Assembly: GCF_006345805.1 (NCBI RefSeq)
Contig: NW_021828054.1
Span: 1-35,579, forward strand
Source of the DNA: Octopus sinensis
Lineage: Eukaryota
Direction of reading: 5' to 3'
DNA length: 35,579 nucleotides
This document shows, in pieces, positions 1 to 11,764 of the stretch; within the stretch, counting starts at the first letter, position 1; every line of letters starts with the position of its first letter. A program made the position numbers and the translations under genes. The notes under the pieces are model-generated. The model worked only from the letters and a program-made list of their open reading frames with translations, ran no database searches and had not been told where the DNA came from.

Positions 1-284
1 TTCTACAAATTTGAATTGATTTTGTTTGGTTCAGTCTGAAATTTTATACATTTGTGGGCTTATATATCAGCATCAATTAATACTTTTGGATAATAGTATC
101 AAGAAATTAAACGAACTTACACTTTTTTTAAATTGGAAAGCCCCGTGAATACACCTTCTTTGATGGTTGAAATGTTGTTCTCGGAAAGATATCTATAGCA
201 GTAAAGAAAGAGTAAAATAGATTATATGGAAAATATTTGTGATACGACATCAAACACTGTGACTTAAGAATGAAAGGAAGAAAA

Positions 285-785
285 AGAAGAAAGATAACGA
301 AGAAGAAGAAGAAGAAGAAGAAGAAGAAGAAGAAGACATGGAAAATGAAGGTGTTCAAGATGAAAACCGAAAAAGGATTGAAAGAGAGAAGAAGAAGTAG
401 AAGAAGAAGAAAGGAGAAGAAGAAGAAGAAGAAGAAAGGAGAAGAAGAAGAAGAAGAAGAAGAAGAGGAAAAAGAAACAGAAGAAGAAATAAAAGGCGTA
501 GAAGATGAAGATTACAAGAAGAAGAAGAAGAAGAAAAAGAAGAAGACGAAGAAGAAGAAGAAGAAGAAGAAGAAGAAGAAGAGAAGAATAATAATAAGAA
601 GAATAAGAAGAAGACCAAGAGGAGAAAGAAGAAGAAGAAGAAGAAGAAGAATAAGAAGAAGACCAAGAGGAAGAAGAAGAAGAAGAAGTCGAAGAAGAAG
701 AAGAAGAAGAAGAAGAAGAAGAAGAAGAAGAAGAAGAAGAAGAAGAAGAACAAGAGGAAGAAGCAGAAGATGCAGGAGGAGAAGA
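285..785. repeat. (GAA)n-dominated purine-rich microsatellite
   Basis: About 500 bp of GAA triplets with GAG/GAC/AAT interruptions; explains the K/R/E-rich and F/L/S-rich ORFs here. Confidence 0.95.
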
Positions 786-789
786 ATAT

Positions 790-1720
790 CTTAATGTGGC
801 AGCAGTTTCATGTTTATTTCTTACTTGACTTGCACAACCTCGAGTATCCGCTTCGCCTCTCTATGTACCAACACACACATCCACACACATCCACACACAT
901 ACACGCACATATACGCACATACACACATATATGCTCAGAAATATACACACATATGTATATCTACCTCTGGGTGCGAGTATGTGTGCGAACCTCGTCCCGG
1001 TAGTGGTGTTCTTTTTACCTGTCGATATAGTTTATTATCGAATCTAAAGGTGTTGTCTTCTAGTTCCCGGCGTGTGTCTTTGGAAATGTGTTTTGAAGCG
1101 TTCGTCCATCCGTCCGCTATGTTTTTCTACCCAGTGTTTGATTGCTTCCAGGCCCAAAGTGTGATGTATTTGTACAAAGATTAGTCAAATCTTTTAAGTA
1201 TAGTACGTTCTGGGACAGTGGGTGGAATGTGTTTGATGAAATCCATATCGTCTCGGGTATAGCTGGGCATTAATGGGCACAACGGTTTGAGGAGTATATC
1301 CAAAAGATGGCTCAGTTGTTGTGTTGGGGCTCAGGGTCCAGCAACTGTTGGTCTCAATTTGATGTCAGTAGGTCTTAGTATTTTTATATGCTGATCCTTG
1401 CATTTTGGAGCATTCGCAGATCTTGGGTGATCCATAGAAATTACTCTCTTTCATTACAGAGCTGCATAAATAATCTTTCTCATTATCTGTGAACGAACGT
1501 TGGTATTCATTTATCTGACTTTTGGGTGTATTCATTATTACTTTTTCCGGGTGTCTTGGTTCTTCCTTGTAGCAGGATTGGTCTGTTTCCAATATTTTAT
1601 CTTTATAGTAGTCTTGGTCCGTGACTGCTTTCACCCTTCCCTAATCGGTTTCTTTTAGGATGATTGAATTGTCATTCTTCAGTTTGTAAGGCTTTCTTTT
1701 CTTCTTCAGGAAGGTTCTGT
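790..1720 (-). mobile_element. Degenerate Penelope-like element reverse transcriptase fragment
   Basis: Minus-strand translation across stops/frameshifts gives IILKETD*G (IIIKxADKG), HLLDILLKPLCPLMPSYTRDDMDFIKHIP, KRFD*SLYKYI (SFDVxSLYTNI) and DNTFRFDNKLYRQVK..GTRFA (NxFxFxxxxYxQxxGxAMG), typical PLE RT motifs; interrupted by a CA-rich tract near 870-960. Confidence 0.8.
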
Positions 1721-2029
1721 TCGCTTTACGGATATTTTATTATATATGATATAAAACGGATTTAAGTCACCACGTAAAGTATGAATGAAAAACACATATG
1801 CATGTAAAATATGAGAAAAGAATGGATGTTCAAAATATTTGTGATTTGAATTAGATTTACAAAGCCTTCGTTGCAACATCAGTTTTCAGTGGAAGATATT
1901 TTTATCATCTCAGAAGTCAGCTTTATTTATAAATATCTTGTTTCTGTCCAATGAGCATTCCATTTGTTATTACACTTTGCTGTCAAAAGTAATTTACCTT
2001 TGCAAAAGTAAACTCCTTTCCTTTGCTTA

Positions 2030-2520
2030 GTTGATGCATAAAAGTTCTTCACAAAAATAAACCCCCAAAACTTCAAGACTGAAATAATAGACTAGGAAGG
2101 AAAACATAACAGAAATAGAAAGGGATTTATTAATAGAACTGGTGATGGTAGAGTGGGGAAACCCTGATATAATTTTGAGTCATGTGCTACAAAGGAGAAC
2201 AACCTTACATGGTGATTTAACTGGCTTAGGGTGTTATTTAAAAAAGGGATGTAATTACATACATTGCCTTAGTTTTTTAGTCTTTGTTTAGCCCTTTGCT
2301 CCTTACTCTTGCTGTATTAAACCTCAGTTTGTTCCCATTATTAACCACCTATGCTAAATCCTTCATCCCCTAAATAGCATCCCTGTTCATCATTCCTGTA
2401 AAGGTTGACCTGCAACAGCTCAAACGGAATATTAATGATATCTGTCTCACAAGTATTGGAGATCTTGCAGGAGTTAAAAAACTTGTATGATCCTTTCTCC
2501 AAAATCGGTAAAATAAAAAG
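2030..2520 (-). mobile_element. Possible ancient LINE RT remnant
   Basis: Weak minus-strand motifs LPILEKG (xPIxKKG), FVAHDSKLY (FADDxKLY-like) and LEVLGVYF in the expected order; heavily decayed. Confidence 0.3.
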
Positions 2521-2614
2521 TGTGGGATTTTAACTCAGATCACAAACAACTGGACAATATACTGCAAGGTGTCATATTCGACGTCCTCATAGTTGCATTT
2601 GTTCATTGAACTGT

Positions 2615-2730
2615 TATGGTTCTTTATTGATCTCGGAAATGAATGACCCAAGGTTGACCTTGGCGGGACTTGAAGTCAGATTGCCGAGTGTCAGAACGTG
2701 ATGTATTCTGCTAGACGGTCAAATGATTTG
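2615..2730 (-). mobile_element. SINE family B fragment (tRNA-headed)
   Basis: Resembles the segment aaggttgaccttggcgggacttgaagtcaga shared with copies at 3440-3612 and 24385-24585. Confidence 0.55.
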
Positions 2731-3439
2731 TGCCAAACCTCGCTCAAGTTATGAACGATGAAAATATCTAACTTATTAAACAGAACTTCAACTTTACTAT
2801 TCAACATCTTGAGTTATACGAGATTTAGGAATTCTATTATTGAAACTTTTCTCTTTATTTTACATTAGGATTTCTCATTTTGTCAAAACGTTCCAAATGT
2901 TTTGAGAAATAGATCTGATCGAATGAATTGATCCACTTTAGTATTAGGATATTTGATTAAAACTGAAAGTTTAAGGTGATTAATGCAATGATGCAAGCCA
3001 ATTAACTGGAAGTAATCACCTGGAAGAGCAATGTGTTGCAACAGAGTATTTGTTATGATTTATGTATCAAATAATTACTCTTTTTTATTCTATTCCATTT
3101 CTTGAGACGTTAAATTTTAATAATTTACTTAAAAATTGCGTAAGATTTCAGGTGAACGGGGATACATCAATCAGCCGAAACTTCAAATAACCTTCCATAA
3201 TTTTGTAATAAGGTTTATTGTGTTCATGATAGGGTAAATTTTTCTGATGACATTCTATCAAAAATAAATTCCTCATAATTTGTTAAAATAACACTATTTT
3301 GATTTCTTCACTTAGGTATTTTAAGAATTTGGTAATTTAAGCGGATCTCGTCATTATCTGCTGTTTAATCCATCTGTTTCATTTTTAATTATAAAAATAA
3401 TAATTTCTTCCATAGGAACAAACCTGAAATTTTGGGAAA

Positions 3440-3612
3440 GGGACAAGTCCTTTACATTGATCTCAGAGATTAATTGCTATTTATTTTACTGACTCCAAAA
3501 GAATGAAAAACAAAGTCAACCTCGACAGAATTTAAAATCGAAACGTAAAGACGAACGAAATACCGCTCAACATTTTGTCTGGCGTGCACAACGATTCTGA
3601 TAGCTCGCTGCA
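3440..3612 (-). mobile_element. SINE family B (tRNA-headed)
   Basis: Reverse complement begins gcagcgagctatcagaatcgtt..ttgagcggtatttcgttcgtctttacg; homologous to 24160-24375 and 24385-24585. Confidence 0.7.
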
Positions 3613-4069
3613 TATTCTATTATAAAATTAACACAAACAATAATTAACAATTATTCTGTGACACGATCAACTGATATTATATCATATTACTGTAATAATA
3701 AGCAACAATTCAACTAATTAATGATATAATATAACTATGTGGAATACACGTTTTCTTAGCACTAAAGTTTTTATACTGTCCGTTCATTGAATATACCGTA
3801 AGATTTGATAAGTTCAGACAAATGACATCAAAGTCAGATACTAGTCAGATCCAATCACTGTGTATGAGATGTTATATATTATAAATTCAATATGGTAAGA
3901 AACAGTTTATTTGACTTCACAACAGGTAACATATCGATTTGTTTTACTCTAACATAAGATTGTGCTTAAGGCTGTGAGATAAACAGCATAAGCGATTAGC
4001 TGAGAACATAATCAATGAGAATTTAAAATATTGGATGTGGAAAATACGTAGAAAGTGTCAAATACTTAC

Positions 4070-4260
4070 AAATATTCAACATTCGTCGGAATTGGTTGTG
4101 GAATTGATAGTAAATTGCGACGTGCACAATTTATTCTCGTTGTAAGTGAATTGCAAGTACATATCTTGCATATATCTGAATCAGCTTGAGTCTCCAAAAA
4201 CAATATCGTACACAGTATCAACACAAGAGACCGTCTATATGATACTACGTGGTGAAACAT
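4070..4260 (-). CDS. First coding exon of a secreted or membrane leucine-rich-repeat protein (signal peptide + LRRNT cap)
   Basis: MFHHVVSYRRSLVLILCTILFLETQA|DSDICKICTCNSLTTRINCARRNLLSIPQPIPTNVEY(L): hydrophobic core, TQA-D cleavage-like site, CxxCxC...C...L..IP..IP LRRNT pattern. Polypyrimidine tract plus AG acceptor at 4282-4281 (exon starts 4280, 20 nt UTR), A at -3 of the ATG, GTAAGT donor at 4069 splitting the Leu codon (phase 2), as is common in LRR genes. Confidence 0.85.
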
Positions 4261-4810
4261 ATTGCCAGGCGTAGATTTATCTGTAAAAGAAGAAAATAGG
4301 AAATGTCAGAGATTTCAATGTTATTAACTTCAAATTGCAGATTCTCCGAAGCAACTAAAATTCACCCCTGTTCCACATGACAAATATATTTTTGTTTTCG
4401 TGATTGGATATTTAAAGCTAAAAAATTAAATTTCGATAAATTAGTGTGAAGAAATTTATAAAAATATTATAGCTTTAACGCGTAATAATATCAAAGAAAA
4501 CACCAAACACACACACACAAACACAAACGCACTCCTACACACATCTGTAACCATCTTCGGGGGTGGGGTCTAATATATTTACAAAACTAGTGAACCATGA
4601 GTTTCGTAGACCCTAAATACGCAGTGGTTGTAAACCCGGTTGGGTCGTTAAATCCGATGGGACCCCACAAGCAACTGTATGGTAACAAAGGATTTTTCCT
4701 GTACCCCAGTTTTAGAAGCGTTCATACAAAGTTTTCCTTAAATGAACTATCATGATTTCATTTTACTTACTTTTTTTTTACTGAAAACAAGAATAAAGCA
4801 TGAACGTAAA

Positions 4811-5763
4811 TCTATATATATAAAACTCAACTTGTGTGTCTGTCTGTGTATCTGTGTGTGTGTCTGTGTCTTTTACTTCCCGGCACATCTCCTCCTAGCC
4901 AACAAATCGTAGAACCACCAAACATGGGTCACTTAAAGTTTAGGCGAATGAAAATTGAACTGCGCTATTTCTGTTCCGAAATTCATCTCGCAAGTGCAAA
5001 AATCGATAATGTGTTTGTTTAGGCCTTCTCCCATGCATTGAATAGTGAACTTTACTCAGTCAGCTGTTTGACGTGAACTGTGTTCACCACGCATGCAAGC
5101 ATGCGTAAATTGCATGAAAAATAAACAAATCACGATATAAAAACGAATCGCCGTAAACATTGTAGAAATTCGGCAAAGAAATGAATTTTCGGGGTGTAGC
5201 CTGGAGGGTTTTTTCGTATTAATCGTTGGAACTTTGTGAACTCATACCAATTGTTTTCATAACATTTTTAACGCTTTGAATTAAATATGACCATTTTGCG
5301 TTGAGTCTGCAGTTTGAATCACTAACCAAATTTTAGCAGGCAGGATTTTTGATCATCACAATATATCGCCAGCGACTCCCTGAAACTCTCCTCTGATATC
5401 CTCGTTGAGAAATACTGTTCTAAAAGAATAATTCAACAATGCAATTTTCTGTATGTTATATGTGTTTGTAAGTCCTGGTGTTTTTGTTATGTATTTGTCT
5501 GAATATTTTTTTATCATGCCTAATGCACCTACTATGATAGGAATTGTTTCTGTTTTTAGATTACACATTATGGTTACCTCTATTTCTAGGTCTTTGTATT
5601 TTGAAAGTTTTTCCGTTTCTTTATTGTTATTATTATTCTTATCTGTGTCCGGTTTTGGAGACTAGTTGTTCGGAGCTCTAAGTTTTCTTTAGAATTTGTT
5701 GTTACAATGTCGTTTTCAAAATTTTATTGACCACAGAACCCACCTCGCTGTAAGCGGGGCTAG
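4811..5763 (+). mobile_element. Probable non-autonomous Helitron-like element
   Basis: Starts a|TCTATATATATAAAA followed by a TGTC-type microsatellite; ends with GC hairpin cctcgct-gta-agcgggg directly before CTAG (5760-5763). The base after CTAG is C, not the canonical T. Confidence 0.4.
5432..5650 (-). mobile_element. R4/Dong-like non-LTR retrotransposon, C-terminal restriction-like endonuclease fragment
   Basis: KLSKYKDLEIEVTIMCNLKTETIPIIVGALGMIKK...IQKIALL matches the KY.DL..E / PIVIGALG / QK.ALL motifs of REL-type LINEs. Confidence 0.75.
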
Positions 5764-5934
5764 CTGCGGTGGCCAGAATTCGCCCCTTAAAGGTGAAGTT
5801 AGAGTTTTAAAAGCTACAAATTTATATTTTAAAAAGAAAAAGTTCAGTCTGGCTTCCCAAATCGAGGCAATAAAGGTTCTTACATCATCCGTTTTGACGT
5901 TTTGTCACCTCCGCTTGTTAATATTTTTGAGAAA

Positions 5935-6756
5935 CATAGCAAAGACAGCAGCAGCAGCAGCAGTAGTAGCAACAACAACAACAGCATCACAACCATCAGC
6001 ACCAACAAAAACATAACAGAAAAATGAAGAGGAGGCAAGGAATCAATCCACTTTGACCCTAAAAAAGAAGACACACCACCAGAAATAGACAGCTGATTCT
6101 TGGTGGTAGATGTCCTCTTGGACATATAGGTCAAAACGAGCATCTTACAGATGCGGAAACTTTACAAACAAAACTATTCGGGTCAAGGCCTAAAATTGTG
6201 GGTGAAAATGGACAGCCAAAGTCTGGACACAATTCCAGATATCATAAATTCACACGTTGGCACCAACCTCCACGTGGCCTTTGAAAGCTGATGGTTTCGG
6301 TATCATCTGTGTGGGAACACAAATCATCTAAAATTCTTCTATTGCCCACAACAAATTAGAGAAAGGAGCCTCTCAATTTTGCCAACATCATCAACACCAC
6401 CACCACAGCAACAATAACAACAATAGCAACAGCACCAACAGAGGCAGGTGACCATCGTGGCTACAAAATCAAGAATAACAGTAGCAGCAACACTAATCGC
6501 AGCAGCACGGGCAGCAGCAAAAACAACAGCATCAACCCCGGTCCCCACCACCAAAAACGCAACAACGTTATGAATAGGACAACGCCAAAAAGCTCTACAA
6601 GATTTGCCCCTCCCCTGTTCGGAGCACTCAGACATACCTTGCGCGGATAGGGACGACGAAAGACCAAAATGGCAAGAGGTCGCCTGAACACACAAAAGAA
6701 AAAGAAACAGAACCAAAAACACACAGACAATTCAGACATAGACTTGCCCAAATGCA
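5935..6756 (+). mobile_element. L1/Tx1-type LINE ORF1 remnant (zinc knuckle, low-complexity flanks)
   Basis: WVKMDSQSLDTIPDII..G.NLHVAFES*WFRYHLCGNTNHLKFFYCP at about 6200-6350 is a decayed CCHC knuckle; CAG/CAA-rich flanks; collinear with the APE fragment at 7898. Confidence 0.55.
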
Positions 6757-7897
6757 TCAATAAATTAACATTGATATTTTTTCACCGTTGTTGCAATCAT
6801 CTGAAATGCAACTGTCAAAGCGCGATATTCGAGCAATTTTGCTATTCAACATCAAAAAAGGATGTAAAGCAGCTGAAACTTCTCACGATGTCAACGAAAC
6901 GTTTGGTGAGGAAATGACCAGTGAGTGGTCAGTTTGAAAATGGCTTAAACGATTTAGCAGTGGAAACCTGAAAATCTTGAGCGTAGTGGACGCCCGTCTG
7001 TCATCGATGACGGTCAACTGAAGATCGTCATTGAGAAAGACCCACGTAAAACCACTCGAGAACTAGCAAAAGAACTTCAAGTCAGCCAGAAAATGCCTGA
7101 AACCATTTGCATGCGATCGGAAAATCAGAAAAGCTCGACAAATGAATACCACACGATTTGAATGAAAATCAGAAAATGTGAACTTATGAAATGTGCTCGT
7201 CACTTCTTCGCCGAAACCAGACCGATCCAATTCTTGACCGTATTTGCGATGAAAAGTAGATTCTGTATAATAATAGAAAATGTTTTTCGCAGTGGATGGA
7301 CCCAAATGAAGCACCGAAAAGCTTCCCTAAACCCGATCTCTTCAAAAAAGAGATTATGGTGATTGTTTAGTGATGTGCCGTTGGACTCATCCACTATAAC
7401 TTATTAAAACCCAGAAAATCCATTACTGCAGAAACATATTACCAAGAAATTGCCAATGTGAACGAAAAACTGCTACTCCTCTGTCTCAGACTGGTCAACA
7501 GAAGAGGGCCAATCATTCTTCATGACAATACTCGACCACACGTTTCACTAATGACGCTCCAGAAGTTTAGGGAATCTGGCTACGAAGTTCTTCCTTACTC
7601 AGCCTACTCCCCAGACCTTTCTCCCAACGTCTATCACTTTTTCAAGTATCTTTATGGTTTCCTTCGAGAGAAGGAGTTCAAAAATCAAACCGATGCTGAA
7701 AGCGCGTTCAAAGAGTCCATCAGCTCCAGAACTCCAGATTTTTATGTTAACGGAATAAACAAACTTTGTAACTCATTGGCAAAAATGTGTTTATAGTAAT
7801 GGTACAGACTTTGATGAATAAAATTTCCCCATTGCTGGAATACATTGTGATGAATTTCACGTTTCAAAACGTTGCTTACTTTTTACTCAGCCTGATA
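6757..7897 (+). mobile_element. Mariner (Hsmar1/SETMAR-like) transposon, defective, 5' TIR missing
   Basis: MQLSKRDIRAILLF..KGCKAAETS (ATG 6806), WIPHDL, CDEK*ILYNN, LHDNTRPH, YSPDLSPNVYHFF; 3' TIR whose reverse complement is TA-TCAGGCTGAGTAAAAAGTAAG, ending at 7897. Confidence 0.9.
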
Positions 7898-8135
7898 TTT
7901 ATTTCCATGTCAAACGGGAATGAGGGGCGGGGTGGAATGGCAGTGTTGTCCCAGAGACGCCTGGATCTCAACACAAAGATTATCTTCCTGGACTCAGAAG
8001 GTAAGTTGGTGGTCCTGGACGTCGTGAACAGTAGTAACGGAGGTGTCCTCAGTCTGGTGGCTGTTTATGCCTCGACACGTTCAGGATAGCTGAACATCTT
8101 CAGACGTCTGGAGGTTTTCCTTGGAGTGTCTAGAC
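7898..8135 (+). mobile_element. L1/Tx1-type LINE ORF2 APE endonuclease fragment
   Basis: GRGGMAVL...DSEGKLVVLDV...LVAVYAST..*LNIFRRLEVFL fits APE motifs GGVAIL / DxxGR / LINVYAP. Confidence 0.75.
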
Positions 8136-11100
8136 CAGGTGTCTGTAACCTGTGGCACGCGTGTCATGTGTAGCACGCGGAACAATTCACAATGGCATGC
8201 ACACCACTTGGCAAAAAATAAAAGTAAAATTTTATTTATAACTAACTCTGAGGAAGCGACATCATAATAATTAAATTACATATCTTTTTTACGATCCATC
8301 TATTCTAGCCTAAACTATCTGAAGTTAGTTGTATTTGGTAGTATTACATTTCCTTAAAAATATAGTACTACTGAACACAATTTTGATACGAAATTATGAA
8401 TGTTAGCACAATTAATTTGTTTGTAAGCTGGTGCTGAAAGCATTTCTATGGACTTTATTACTGAAGCCGGGAGCTAGAGGTGCGAACGCTTATTGTTTCG
8501 AACTCGGCTGTATATTTGGTTGACCACTTTACAGCAGCCAGTCTAAATAAAGACACTCTTTAAAATCGGCTGCTACATTGCGGGTCGTCTATAAGTAGAC
8601 GCTTTTAAAATTATTCTCACATTTTGGGAAGAAAAAGCGGTAACGAGTAGGGTTTTCAAAAGGAATTAAACATGAAAAGTCAAAAATTATAGTTATTTTC
8701 TTAGGTTTCAATTTCTCCTTCGGAAGTTAAGTTGTCTGATCTTTTGGGTATATATTTTTTTGTTTATACATATCATTTATTTTAATCTAATTATTTTATT
8801 ATTACAAAAATTAATTCATTAAATTAATTTCATTCTTTTTTACTATTTATTTTATTCTAATTATTTTATTTAGTTATTTTTATTTGTAGAACCTAATTTA
8901 AGGGTTTATACACCTGACATATCAATTATCAATATATAGTGCAGCAAATTGCATAACAAAGGACCAAAATTTGACGTTCGTTCATTTCAAGATTTCTGGA
9001 GCACTGAGTATGGATTTGTACAACAAAATCATCGAGTTGTGTGTGCGTTCTGCTGTGAATTTGTCGTATGTCGTACATCAAGTGTTCAAATACACTATCA
9101 AACTAGACACCAGACTATGTCTAAAAACGCTGATGATAAAAGGCAAATCATAAAAAGGGCTATTTCTAGTTACAAATGAAGGACTTCTGTTTTTGTTCAA
9201 ATGCTTGGAACCAACAATGAAGCCAAATAATGTAGTTAGACAATTGCTCAATGTATAGTTGAGAAAGGTAAACCTTTAACAGTCGGAGAATTTATCAAAA
9301 AAGATTTTCTGAGAAGTGCAAAACTTTTGTTCAGTGATCAAGCAAACGCTGAATAAATACTGTCTCGAATTCAAGAAATACCAACTTCTGCATGATCAGT
9401 TGAGAGACGTGTAACTGATATAGCTGAAAACATAATTATAACACAGAAAGTTAGATTACAAAAAGCTGCTGCATTCAGTGACCCCTATCGATGAAAGTAC
9501 TCAAGTGAATGACATGGCGCACCTAGCAATTGTTGCAAGATGCTGGGACAATGATCGTATTTACGAAGAATCATGTTGTTTGATTATTCCTCTTACCAAT
9601 ACATCTACAGGACAGGACATTCTGACTGCATTTCTAAATTATTTCGAAAATCAAGCCATTAATACAAATAAAATATTTTGTATTACTACTGGTGGTGCAC
9701 GTGCAGTGGGTGGAAAGGAAAAAAAGATTTATTAAGCGTCTTGAAAATCACATTTCACGCAGTTTAATGTGTTTTAATTGCATTGTACATCAGGAAAATT
9801 TAGTTGCAAAACTTTCGTCACAAAGCTTGAGTTCTGTCGTGGAAACTGTTGTTAAAATAGTTAACTTCATGGTTTCTTGCTCTTCACTGACTCACAGACA
9901 ATTTAAGTCTCTTCTGCAGGAACTGGACAGCGAATATGCAGACTTCCCACTTCACAGTAAAGTCCTGCAGCGTAGACTCGGTTAAAATTTCTCTCTCCCA
10001 TTTATTATATATACGTGCATTCGAACGTAGAAGGGAACAGCTATCCGGTTGCCGCTATTTGGATCCCGTTCTGTCCACTACTCTGATTAGTTGGTATTGG
10101 CGCAATTTGTCGCGCCAAACTACCGCGTATCACCAGTCGGAGTCAGCCTGTTCTCTACCCCGTTTTGGCCTACTTCTCCTTATAAAAACTCAGCCTTTTC
10201 TCCTGTCGTCTTTTGGTTCCAGACCTTTTAAGGTATAGGCACTGACCACAAAGACACAGCCAGTTCCAGAGACTTACCAACTTTGTCCAACAGCATTCCA
10301 ACAACCTCCGAATTCGTCGCCACCACCATGTCCTTAACGTCTTCAACATCATCTCTCTACGTACACAGCTCTGCAAGCGATGCATCCAGGTTCCAACACT
10401 TCACTGTTCGTGAATTACTTCATCATGGGTCAACAACAAATATACAACCAGTATGAACTCCTGTACAAGTTACCCAGGCAGCAGCATCACAGCCACGACA
10501 TCACGTTCAACATATACCTGTAATTGTCTCCTACATCTATGAACCCATACGCATACATTCTGTTCTCATGACGGCATGTCTATCGTTCAGTATACATGAT
10601 GCACACACAGACACATCCGTTAACATATCAATAAATCTTCTTTTAATCATTCTACGCGGTTGTCTCCTTTATCCATCTGGCAAATAGATGGTACTATCAA
10701 TTTTCTCTTTATTGTAAGGGCTGTGTGATGTGGTACTAAAGAGCCATTCTTGTCAACTCGCATCGCACGGTCCTTACAGTCCGTTGGCTTTGTCGGGGTA
10801 ATGTTTTGAACAGATTTGTATCATGCTTAGAAGAATATTTCTTGAAAGGAAACAGTTGCCAGAATTGAACAACGAAGACGGTTTATTTAAACTGATGCTT
10901 CTAACTGACAGTCACTTGAATGATTAAAATTTGCATTTACAAGAGAGAGGTCAAACAGTACTTGATGTTTTTGAATATTGGAAAGGATTTTGTTAAAATC
11001 AGATTTTTTTTGCGTGATAAACTTAGCAATACATAAAAATACTTTCCAAATGTAAAAGCTTATTCAAATCGATTTAATATTTAATAAAAACGAACTTCAA

Positions 11101-11460
11101 AAATATATTGCAACGTTGAAAGAAGAATTTTCCAAGTGAGATAAATATTTCAAAACAAATTCTCCTATATTTTCATTTCTCATCAAACCCGACTTTGAGG
11201 GATTTGAAAACGAACCCAATTCATCTATCACTTTTGGGCTCAACAACAAATATACAGGATAGCTTTGAAGTGGAAATGATTGAATTAACCACTTCAGAAT
11301 TATGGGGGGAAAATTTATGGAACTACGAAAATCTCTTGAAAGAAGCAGCTTACAGAATTCAGTTGCCATCTTCAATCGCTGGGAGACGTTGCCTGAAAGA
11401 TTCAATTCTTTGAAGAAAATCGCCTCAGCTCGGCTTTCACCCTTTAGCTCAACATATACA
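8136..11460 (+). mobile_element. hAT transposon (Buster/Charlie/SPIN-like), defective, 3' end missing
   Basis: 5' end CAGGTGTCTGTAACCTGTGG preceded by 8-bp nnnTAnnn site GTCTAGAC (8128-8135); BED-like VCAFC...IHYQTRH; DESTQVNDMAHL; CIVHQENL; HSKV|RWLCRG split by an LTR; C-terminal W.TLPERFNSLKKIA...FSSTY dimerization motif; many frameshifts. Confidence 0.9.
9966..10778 (-). mobile_element. Solo LTR (813 bp) with 4-bp TSD GTCC
   Basis: TG...CA termini, GTCC at 9962-9965 and 10779-10782; removal restores aaa gtc cgt tgg (K-V-R-W) of the hAT transposase; AATAAA about 35 nt before the minus-strand 3' end. Confidence 0.85.
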
Positions 11461-11489
11461 GGATTACCCCAAATCAACAGAACCTATAA

Positions 11490-11640
11490 AATTTCGGTTT
11501 CCCTCTACCAAATCCACTCACAAAGATTTGATCATCCCGAGACTATAGTAGAAAACAATTTCCCAAAATGCCATGCAGTGGAAACTGAATCTGGATCTAC
11601 GTGCTTGCGGAGCAAGTTTCTTACCACACAGCCACGCCTA
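11490..11640 (-). mobile_element. SINE family A 5' part (tRNA-headed, octopus-type)
   Basis: Homologous to the 24901, 26204 and 27767 copies (ctaccaaatccactcacaa...cttaccacacagccac). Confidence 0.8.
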
Positions 11641-11764
11641 TGCATGTGTGTTTATGTATAAGTCTATATATACGATGGACAGGACAAACAAATATTTAAA
11701 TAATATTTCTGACGTGCGTGTAACAAAGTTATTCTATTACGTTGCATAGTTATAGAAAGATAGA

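Noticed and set aside
128-794. Long K/R/E-rich and F/L/S-rich ORFs
   Set aside because: Translations of the GAA microsatellite; no splice or domain support.
1998-2078. Candidate second LRR exon (AG...GT flanked)
   Set aside because: In-frame stop in the required phase and no LxxLxLxxN pattern; other donor/acceptor pairs in 1740-4060 failed similarly.
3244-3250. CTGATGA hammerhead core words (also at 9130 and 22948)
   Set aside because: No correctly placed stem II, GAAA and NUH.
5696-6760. Ala/Thr/Leu/Cys-rich ORFs
   Set aside because: Alternative frames of CAG/CAA low-complexity sequence in the LINE ORF1 remnant.
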